NCBI GenBank assembly: GCA_900617105.1
Contig: UYFQ01000012.1
Location: forward strand, 62,001 to 103,953
From: Hydrurus foetidus
Lineage: Eukaryota
Length of the DNA: 41,953 nt
Direction of reading: 5' to 3'
This document shows, piece by piece, positions 11,901-20,907 of the stretch. A program made the position numbers and the translations under genes. Numbering within the stretch: position 1 is the stretch's first letter; each line of letters opens with the position of its first letter. The notes under the pieces were generated by a model. It made no database searches. It was given only the letters and a program-made list of their open reading frames with translations, and was not told the origin of the DNA.

Positions 11901-12503
11901 CTACTGGTTGAATGCAACAGGGGCGCCGAGAAGACTGTTGATGATGTAGGGGTCGTTGTTGAGCTTCTCGTGCACCATGAGCGCAAGAATGCCCATCTGG
12001 GCAGCACGGCCGTTGTTCAGCTCGATGGCGAGCTTCTTGTTGATGGTCTCCTCGTCCCATCCAGAGGCAGTGAGCTGAGCAGCCTCAATGTCATCCTTTC
12101 TGGCGGCGAAACCAAGCTCGATAAGACCAATGAAGGCGATGATCTGAGCAACTCCAGCAGCTGGGATGGTGTCAAGAGCGGCAAGTCCGTTCTTCACTGA
12201 TGCGAATGGGACGCCATAAGCGATCTCTCCGGGAAGGCGGACGCCAGCGGTGGTCACCAAGTGGCCAAGGATGGCAAGCATTGAGATGCGGCCGTGCTTG
12301 GTCTCGACGGTGCGAAGGCGATCGAATCTCTCCTGGTCAGCATCCTTCAACAGACCAAGTGGGTCCCAGAAACCAAGAGGAGCTTGAGCGCCCAAGGCAT
12401 TCTCGAACGACATCTTAATGGCAGATGATCTGGCAACTGCTGGTGCAGGTGCGAAGGCGGAAGCGCCAACGATAGACGCGAGTACGGCAATTGTGCGGAA
12501 CAT
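11901..12503 (-). CDS. Fucoxanthin-chlorophyll a/c binding protein (Lhcf-type), outer copy 1
   Basis: Intronless, 200 aa. ASAFAP bipartite presequence, GFWDPLG, ETKHGRISMLA and ELNNGRAAQMG. Confidence 0.97.
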   Translation of the reverse strand: MFRTIAVLASIVGASAFAPAPAVARSSAIKMSFENALGAQAPLGFWDPLGLLKDADQERFDRLRTVETKHGRISMLAILGHLVTTAGVRLPGEIAYGVPFASVKNGLAALDTIPAAGVAQIIAFIGLIELGFAARKDDIEAAQLTASGWDEETINKKLAIELNNGRAAQMGILALMVHEKLNNDPYIINSLLGAPVAFNQ

Positions 12504-12855
12504 GATGGTTGATAGTTTTGATGAAGGAAATGATTTGTGCAGTTAATTCCAATCTCTCCGTTGCGACGCACTGAAAATCGTCTCGAAGTTTGCTGTAAAG
12601 CACCTCGAAGTTTGCTGTAAAGTTTGGATTTTCTTCAAGAAGTGAAAATGAAAAAGATGAGGGAGGGTTTTTGGATTTGTGGTGACGCGACTGCAACAAA
12701 TGAAGTCGAAATCTAAATTTTGAAACCGGAGCACCAACATCAAGTTGGGCAAACTTGCTGTTCAATTGATGTCGGAGAGGTTTCCTACTCTACCGACTAA
12801 ACACTTACGTACACAAATACATTATCGATTAACTATCTCTCCAACAACAGCCATC
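12504..12855. promoter_or_regulatory. Bidirectional promoter of a divergent FCP pair (mirror copy at 15285-15636)
   Basis: 352 bp between head-to-head ATGs; contains the 19-bp direct repeat CTCGAAGTTTGCTGTAAAG at 12582-12600 and 12604-12622. Confidence 0.75.
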
Positions 12856-13455
12856 ATGTTCCGCACTATTGCCGTACTCGCGTCTATCGTTGGCGCTTCC
12901 GCCTTCGCACCTGCACCAGCAGTTGCCAGATCATCTGCCATTAAGATGTCGTTCGAGAATGCCTTGGGCGCTCAAGCTCCTCTTGGTTTCTGGGACCCAC
13001 TTGGTCTGTTGAAGGATGCTGACCAGGAGAGATTCGATCGCCTTCGCACCGTCGAGACCAAGCACGGCCGCATCTCAATGCTTGCCATCCTTGGCCACTT
13101 GGTGACCACCGCTGGCGTCCGCCTTCCCGGAGAGATCGCTTATGGCGTCCCATTCGCATCAGTGAAGAACGGACTTGCCGCTCTTGACACCATCCCAGCT
13201 GCTGGAGTTGCTCAGATCATCGCCTTCATTGGTCTTATCGAGCTTGGTTTCGCCGCCAGAAAGGATGACATTGAGGCCGCTCAGCTCAAAGCTTCTGGAT
13301 GGGACGAGGAGACCATCAACAAGAAGCTCGCCATCGAGCTGAACAACGGCCGTGCTGCCCAGATGGGCATTCTTGCGCTCATGGTGCACGAGAAGCTCAA
13401 CAACGACCCCTACATCATCAACAGTCTTCTCGGCGCCCCTGTAGCTTTCAATTAG
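12856..13455 (+). CDS. Fucoxanthin-chlorophyll a/c binding protein (Lhcf-type), inner copy 2
   Basis: 199 aa from ATG 12856 with the same motifs; AQLKAS variant, ends VAFN. Confidence 0.97.
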   Translation: MFRTIAVLASIVGASAFAPAPAVARSSAIKMSFENALGAQAPLGFWDPLGLLKDADQERFDRLRTVETKHGRISMLAILGHLVTTAGVRLPGEIAYGVPFASVKNGLAALDTIPAAGVAQIIAFIGLIELGFAARKDDIEAAQLKASGWDEETINKKLAIELNNGRAAQMGILALMVHEKLNNDPYIINSLLGAPVAFN

Positions 13456-14684
13456 ATTTTTTATCATACTGCAGCACTTGGCTGTACGTTTTATGTCGCT
13501 TTGTTATTTTCTGTTTAGAAATGTTTCTCATTTCATATCATGTGACCACGAAGTTTGTGTGAGGTCAGTGATTATTCTTATGCTAAAGTTATAAAAATGG
13601 TTTTACGTATTTAGTTACGTATGTTTTTCAATCCTCATGGAAGTTTTTTCGAAGTGCAAATCACAAGAGTTGTCGGAATTTCAAATCATCTGACACAAAA
13701 ATCTTGCTTCAACAACTCATGTAGGATAACATTGGGATGGATCCTGCGTTTTACTTGATCACATTGATGCACTTATTCGCATGGATCACTGATACTATAA
13801 AGTATTCAACGTCTATTGAGATACAGTACGTCATCAAAGCGAATGTGCAGCACGTTTCATCTGAGTTCCTCGAACTTAATCAAATGAGAACCCCTCCCAT
13901 TGCATGCATGAGTGAAGGTACAATGAGTCACAAATTTGGACGCCACACACCATATTGACAGGAGGCAAGAATAGGTGGAGCATTCTTGTGTTACAGGCTA
14001 AGTGTTCTCTTATTGATTTGCATCAATTTCTGTTGTTGAAGATTGAAGGTATCTTCTTATGCAGCAATTTTGCAACTGCTTTTGTAGTGTAATCTGCAAT
14101 GAATTGTCTTTTGTTGTCGCAATTCCCGCTGATTTTGATGGAAAAACAGCAAATAAAAATGTCATTTTCGTACGGACGTTCAGAATTTTGGAGTAAAATT
14201 TGTCCATGTGAGAAAATATGTGCAGACTCTTGCTACAGAACCGTAACATTTGCTGATTCAAGAGTAACGCCATCGCAGCATCAACTTGAAGAGTCTAATG
14301 CTGGGAAGATATTGTGATATCAGTTGTACACTCCAGATTATAACTGACACTAGAAGGCGTCAAAAAATTAGCGGCATGTCATAGCTCTCTGCTAAGTTAA
14401 ACTCACTGATAATCCAAATTGACGAGAGATAATATCGTTTTTAAGGGAACCAAAGCAACGAAATAAATGAGAAATCAATTTGATTTCAACGACAATGCAA
14501 TCCACGTTGGTCAAAAAAATTAAATGTTGATTTAAAAAACCATTTTTATTACTTTAGCATAAGAATAATCACTGACCTCACACAAACTTCGTGGTCACAT
14601 GATATGAAATGAGAAACATTTCTAAACAGAAAATAACAAAGCGACATAAAACGTACAGCCAAGTGCTGCAGTATGATAAAAAAT

Positions 14685-15284
14685 CTAATTGAAAGCTACA
14701 GGGGCGCCGAGAAGACTGTTGATGATGTAGGGGTCGTTGTTGAGCTTCTCGTGCACCATGAGCGCAAGAATGCCCATCTGGGCAGCACGGCCGTTGTTCA
14801 GCTCGATGGCGAGCTTCTTGTTGATGGTCTCCTCGTCCCATCCAGAAGCTTTGAGCTGAGCGGCCTCAATGTCATCCTTTCTGGCGGCGAAACCAAGCTC
14901 GATAAGACCAATGAAGGCGATGATCTGAGCAACTCCAGCAGCTGGGATGGTGTCAAGAGCGGCAAGTCCGTTCTTCACTGATGCGAATGGGACGCCATAA
15001 GCGATCTCTCCGGGAAGGCGGACGCCAGCGGTGGTCACCAAGTGGCCAAGGATGGCAAGCATTGAGATGCGGCCGTGCTTGGTCTCGACGGTGCGAAGGC
15101 GATCGAATCTCTCCTGGTCAGCATCCTTCAACAGACCAAGTGGGTCCCAGAAACCAAGAGGAGCTTGAGCGCCCAAGGCATTCTCGAACGACATCTTAAT
15201 GGCAGATGATCTGGCAACTGCTGGTGCAGGTGCGAAGGCGGAAGCGCCAACGATAGACGCGAGTACGGCAATAGTGCGGAACAT
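14685..15284 (-). CDS. Fucoxanthin-chlorophyll a/c binding protein (Lhcf-type), inner copy 3
   Basis: Mirror of 12856-13455. Confidence 0.97.
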   Translation of the reverse strand: MFRTIAVLASIVGASAFAPAPAVARSSAIKMSFENALGAQAPLGFWDPLGLLKDADQERFDRLRTVETKHGRISMLAILGHLVTTAGVRLPGEIAYGVPFASVKNGLAALDTIPAAGVAQIIAFIGLIELGFAARKDDIEAAQLKASGWDEETINKKLAIELNNGRAAQMGILALMVHEKLNNDPYIINSLLGAPVAFN

Positions 15285-15636
15285 GATGGCTGTTGTTGGA
15301 GAGATAGTTAATCGATAATGTATTTGTGTACGTAAGTGTTTAGTCGGTAGAGTAGGAAACCTCTCCGACATCAATTGAACAGCAAGTTTGCCCAACTTGA
15401 TGTTGGTGCTCCGGTTTCAAAATTTAGATTTCGACTTCATTTGTTGCAGTCGCGTCACCACAAATCCAAAAACCCTCCCTCATCTTTTTCATTTTCACTT
15501 CTTGAAGAAAATCCAAACTTTACAGCAAACTTCGAGGTGCTTTACAGCAAACTTCGAGACGATTTTCAGTGCGTCGCAACGGAGAGATTGGAATTAACTG
15601 CACAAATCATTTCCTTCATCAAAACTATCAACCATC

Positions 15637-16239
15637 ATGTTCCGCACTATTGCCGTACTCGCGTCTATCGTTGGCGCTTCCGCCTTCGCACCTGCACCAG
15701 CAGTTGCCAGATCATCTGCCATTAAGATGTCGTTCGAGAATGCCTTGGGCGCTCAAGCTCCTCTTGGTTTCTGGGACCCACTTGGTCTGTTGAAGGATGC
15801 TGACCAGGAGAGATTCGATCGCCTTCGCACCGTCGAGACCAAGCACGGCCGCATCTCAATGCTTGCCATCCTTGGCCACTTGGTGACCACCGCTGGCGTC
15901 CGCCTTCCCGGAGAGATCGCTTATGGCGTCCCATTCGCATCAGTGAAGAACGGACTTGCCGCTCTTGACACCATCCCAGCTGCTGGAGTTGCTCAGATCA
16001 TCGCCTTCATTGGTCTTATCGAGCTTGGTTTCGCCGCCAGAAAGGATGACATTGAGGCTGCTCAGCTCACTGCCTCTGGATGGGACGAGGAGACCATCAA
16101 CAAGAAGCTCGCCATCGAGCTGAACAACGGCCGTGCTGCCCAGATGGGCATTCTTGCGCTCATGGTGCACGAGAAGCTCAACAACGACCCCTACATCATC
16201 AACAGTCTTCTCGGCGCCCCTGTTGCATTCAACCAGTAG
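15637..16239 (+). CDS. Fucoxanthin-chlorophyll a/c binding protein (Lhcf-type), outer copy 4
   Basis: Mirror of 11901-12503; AQLTAS variant, ends VAFNQ. Confidence 0.97.
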   Translation: MFRTIAVLASIVGASAFAPAPAVARSSAIKMSFENALGAQAPLGFWDPLGLLKDADQERFDRLRTVETKHGRISMLAILGHLVTTAGVRLPGEIAYGVPFASVKNGLAALDTIPAAGVAQIIAFIGLIELGFAARKDDIEAAQLTASGWDEETINKKLAIELNNGRAAQMGILALMVHEKLNNDPYIINSLLGAPVAFNQ

Positions 16240-16972
16240 AGCCTCTGTGTTGTCCGTCAATTGTTTTTTGAGACAATTTTGGCACAAACCATATATGTGT
16301 ACATCTGTAATATTTAATTTGATTCCATAGAAAACATTAAAACAGTTTTGTCAGTTGACTGGCAAGTGCATTTATCGTCTTCACTTGATATCACGGTGAA
16401 AGAATGTCCGCTTCTTCGGGGCTTGGATAGTTGGAGCTCTGTTTGGAGACTTCGTGATGCCCTCTCAAGTCAAATGTTTCCGAGTCATCTTCACGCTTAA
16501 GTCTTTCGTGAGGACAATATATTGCTTCTTATCAACGATTGTTGCGTCTTCACAGGGAATATCCTGTCACAGAACTTCAGTCCTGTCAACTTTACAGAGC
16601 ATTGCATTCCGTCACGAAAGTCATGAGAATAATGGCTGCATTCAGATCGACTCGCAATAGATATCTGCATGGTCAGCGCTGAGAGTTGACGATAATGAGA
16701 AGAGTTTGATCTTGGTGACATACTCAGTACAGAAACGGATGACGGCAGTTCTTGGACCTGCTGTCCGGACCTGCTCAGTACATCATAAATTTCACCGCTC
16801 AATAGAAAAAAGTGACTGTGACAACATGAAAATATTCAAATTCTTAACAGCATTTTCAACAACCCTTTCACTGATAAACACTGATTATGACTGCATTAAG
16901 ATGCACGTGATAAATATGTATTTGATTCTATACGCCAAGAAAATCAACCATGAAGATAATGCGTGTAGTGTG

Positions 16973-18826
16973 CTAAACTTTCACTTGTTTAATGATAGCA
17001 GAGGATGGAAATGGTTCCCCTTTCGACACAATTAAATATCTTTTCTGATGACTTAGATATCCCTTGATTTTGCCTTGAAATATCAAATTGGCCAGAATGC
17101 ATTCTATTTCATCTAAATCTGCGTCAGCTCCCATCCACTGCATGGCCGTTTCAAATGCGGCTAAATTTAGTCGTGTGCTCTCCGTAATACTGTAAATGCG
17201 TTTAGCAAGGCATCTGTATGCGATGATTTTTGTCTGCTCCAACACTAGATAAACACCCACCCTGATTAACGATCTCTGGTTTTTGCTAAGAATGAGTTCC
17301 AAGTTCCTCAAGTCGCCTCTTTTCACAGCATTCCCTAGATCGAGCAGTTCCTTTAATCCGTAGACCGATCCGATGATTGGTGCTGGCATGATTCCGAGAC
17401 ACATCTGGTAGGAATATTATACGGAGTTTAATACAGGTAGCTTGATAAAATAAATAAATCAATTAATTAATAAATCAATAAATAAATAAATAGTGGATAG
17501 TGAGTATAAGATTGTAATTATTAATCAGTAGTTAAATATGTTCTTCAAGTAAAACATATGCAAGTCAGACCCTTGTTAGCGAGCGTGTGTACGTACCTCA
17601 ATGGGAACCAGACTTGCGAGAATTCTCTGTCGATTTAGTAGGCAACTCCTCGGACAGTACCTCAAGGCAAATCGCAGACAATCCCTGTTCCATGCAATCG
17701 TTTATCAATAACAATAAGATTCATGGTTTGTAGGTTGTAAATTGCATGATTACTGTTATGTAATTAAAATATGGTATGCGAGATATTTAGCAGTTGGGTT
17801 CGTAATAGCTATGAGGAAATCTTTGATACTAGAAAATGTCAAAGTACGCACGCATTCTACATACCTGGCTTCTTCATATTTGTCTTCAAACATTTTTAGT
17901 CTCCCAATATAGTACTTATACATGACAACGTCACTGACAGGGAAGAGTTGGAGATTTTCCATAATGCCCCCTGGTCCCTCCACAACATTGATCAGCTTCC
18001 CGCACAGCTGCAAAGTGTTGACTTTGAAGTATATCTTGAATAGCACATTGGTTACAGCAAATATTGCGAGTTTTTTAGAGGACGGATCTGACGCTGGTGT
18101 CCTTCCCTTTGCCACCACTGTAAATCCTTTTGTTAAGCTGCCCAAGGACTCTCTCAGATATTGATTATTCACATCTCCTTTACTCTCATCAGCCTGTCAG
18201 CAAACGATCAGAAAATTACTTTCAAATTTGTTTGATGTCTATTACAGTCATGTCGCGATCAATGATTTGATTTGACATACCAGTCCGGCAATGAGCCGCA
18301 GGTCATTGGAAATGCCCACGACAACAGGAATTATCCAGTTCGAGTCGTCCTTGTTGGAAAAGTAGTCCAGAGCAGCATTGTATGCGATATGAATCTGTCT
18401 GTATGCTGTAATTTAAGTCGAGAATTCCGGAGTAGATGAGTAGTCTGCGAATAACGTTCTGTCTTGTGTTAAAAGTTTCTTCACCTTCTTCGAATTCTCT
18501 CGAAGTCACTGATACCAAAGCTGCTAGTCTTGGACCTACGATAGCAGATATCTCATAGTTGCGAATGTTCGTGTCGCAGTATGAGATAATGTTCACTGAT
18601 CTAGATCTACTCGCTATGATCAGATCCCTTGGTGTTGGAGCTCGCATTAGGGGTATCGAAATTTCTTTCGCTAAATTTCTCCCATCGCTATTACATTGTG
18701 CAGAGAATATTGTTTAAAAGATTATCAGCTAGATCACAAAGCTTTTCAGATGACGAAGCATCAAGGGCCTCACCGACGAGAGACGCATATGTCAACAGTA
18801 TTCAAATACGCCAGCAGTTCACTCAT
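16973..18826 (-). CDS. PCID2: PCI domain-containing protein 2 (Thp1/CSN12/EER5 family; TREX-2), multi-exon
   Basis: Spliced N-terminus MSELLAYLNTVDICVSRRDGRNLAKEIS; SKKLAIFAVTNVLFKIYFKVNTLQLC; YKYYIGRLKMF; C-terminal PCI winged helix DLDEIECILANLIFQGKIKGYLSHQKRYLIVSKGEPFP. Confidence 0.92.
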
Positions 18827-19773
18827 TTTTCGCTGTTCTCACAGAAGAACACTTCCAAACAAAACTGATTTCTGATCAGCGCGATGCAGCCGCAAGAACC
18901 TCGCACGCAGGGAGTCAGTTTCTTTTGGTCACTTCTACTCGCCAATATATGCTCTACGGAATTACATGCACGATGCGCGATGCGCGATGGGGTTCACCGT
19001 TGGCCGTTGGCCGCTTTCTAATTCAACGTTGGCCAGCGGCTTCAGACTAGGGTATGCTTTATCACATTTCCGGTGCACCAAATGGCAAATAATGGTAATT
19101 GTTTTCGTAACGTTAATATATACTTCCGACTATGCTTCCAACAACACTGCATGGCGTAGGAGGTTGTGAAGTGTAGAAGTCCGGAATCTGATGGAAGGCG
19201 CCTCATTTCTTTTACCAATTTAATCTATTCGCACTCTGACAAGTGCCGTTTAATTGCCTAAGGTTGAAGTACATTCCGTTGGATTGCACAGGATTTAATT
19301 GGAAAATATAGAATTCAATGGTGAACAATTGCATTAAATCTTCATTTGATTTCGAAATATCGCATATTAGTTCTTCTAGTTACATCAACCTATTGAGTTC
19401 TCGACGATAACATCACCACAGAACAAACCAATTTTGCGCACTGTGAACCATCTCTATCTGAGCACTCTCTATCTGTCAAGCAACTCTATAAGGACTATTT
19501 TGAATACCAGTCAGTATAATCATCTTGAAGAGACAAAGGACAGGGTCACATTGGCCTTCACTTCGTATCTCGAGTAGCCATCCTTTACGACGTGCAAAAA
19601 ATTCCACTTCGCGGGAATTTTATATATATCGATGATAGCGAGTAGAATGCATCAAGTCAAGCTCGACATTTAATCATGTCAAGCGCAGCATTTGGTCACG
19701 CGTAGAGTGACATCGATCGGTCACACAAACCGCCGTAAATAGCTTGGGACATGATAACCGAAAGTTGGAATAA

Positions 19774-20355
19774 TTACGTCTGCCGAAGGCGTTTTTGATC
19801 ATGCGAATCGTTCTCAACGACTTCGCTTGTATTCTCTATAATCTTGGATTCTCCTGCAGTCACGCACACATTTTCGGCCTCAGTGGTTCGATCTTTTTCT
19901 TCAGTACTAGCCAGTATTTTACAAAATTCGACGGCAACATCTTGAACATTCTCTGCGGCGTCCTCGGCAGTCGTCTCATTGAACTCCTCTAACTTATTAT
20001 CATCGTCTTCATCATCGTTATTATCATCGCCATCTTTATCATCACCACTCTCGTCCCCATCCCCAACAACGTTTCCTTGATCTCCGGTCGTGATTTCCTC
20101 ACCAAGAAGCTCTGCAACCCTTCGTACAAAGTAAGATCCATATCAGAAAAATCAGCTAAGAAGCAGGTAACTATTGGTGTGCAAATGCTACCTCTCAGTC
20201 GTCAACTCATCGAAAAGCTGTTCTATCTCAGAATTACTGGGGTCGCGGCCGGTCTTCTCTTTGAAACCGGCGATAAGAAATTCGGTAAGCTTGATGGCAA
20301 TGTCGTCAGCTTGATTTGCCACGGCTTTCTCGTCGTCTTCGACCACACTCGACAT
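19774..20355 (-). CDS. Hypothetical acidic protein, 169 aa, 2 exons (absent from ORF track)
   Basis: Exons 20355-20192 and 20119-19774 with a 72-bp GT-AG intron give an open frame MSSVVEDDEKAVANQADDIAIKLTEFLIAGFKEKTGRDPSNSEIEQLFDELTTERVAELLGEE...(D/E-rich)...DQKRLRQT*. Confidence 0.8.
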
Positions 20356-20490
20356 CGTATGCTCTGTTTATGCGGTCCTTCAAACCTCAAATCTAGCATG
20401 GAGAGGGAGGAGTTTCAAAAGTTGCATTCAAATTTAAAAATTCAAAAATTTGAATTATATCCGGTATCTGACTGATCACCTTACAGTTTT

Positions 20491-20881
20491 TGTTGGATAT
20501 AGCATAGCTATCCCTACGGGGACGATCCCCTTGGGGGAAATCCCTTTGGGGTAATATCATCTAAGCCCAAGCGGAGGAGCGAGGGTAGCGTTTTCAGACT
20601 CAAGACCATCACTCGAACTGTACTGGAAGTTGCAACTGATGATGACTGTGAACAGTCAACTATAGCTAGTATAGCTAGCCATGAACTGCTTTGTTTTGAC
20701 ATGATGAGCACTTCTAATTAAAAGAGACTATATGGCTGTGAGCCATTATACCTACACTTGAGTGAGCTGTTGGAACGACTTGGTCGACTAGCTGAAAGCA
20801 AAGTGTGTTCTGAACGAACCACTGCTATCAACCAGGTGCTCTGACTGGATCCAGGATCCAAAAGGCAGACTTATTCCAAGA
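20491..20881 (+). repeat. 5' LTR (TGTTGGA...TCCAAGA)
   Basis: Matches 25978-26368 at offset 5487. Confidence 0.95.
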
Positions 20882-20893
20882 TAATTAGAAGTC
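20882..20893 (+). promoter_or_regulatory. Putative primer-binding site TAATTAGAAGTC (non-TGG)
   Basis: Immediately 3' of the 5' LTR. Its reverse complement GACTTCTAATTA resembles a tRNA-Arg(UCU) anticodon arm and matches LTR 20710-20720 over 11 nt. Confidence 0.7.
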
Positions 20894-20907
20894 GTGAGCT
20901 GCTCAGA

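Larger units (their letters stand above)
11718..16422. repeat. Large inverted duplication: arms 11718-13604 and 14536-16422 (1887 bp each), 931-bp unique spacer
   Basis: Mirror coordinates sum to 28140 throughout; only about 3 mismatches noticed (near 11752, 12492, 13590). Confidence 0.95.

Noticed and set aside
12745..12855. 37-aa N-terminal extension of the inner FCP copies (236-aa ORFs)
   Set aside because: It starts at TTG, and the signal peptide and identity with the outer copies begin at ATG 12856
13605..14535. Short ORFs in the palindrome spacer
   Set aside because: No recognisable motifs or convincing splice structure
11853..16330. Multiple antisense and alternate-frame ORFs overlapping the FCP genes
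   Set aside because: Shadow ORFs caused by strong codon bias, repeated because the genes are repeated
20077..20475. 132-aa plus-strand ORF
   Set aside because: Antisense shadow of the spliced acidic gene on the minus strand
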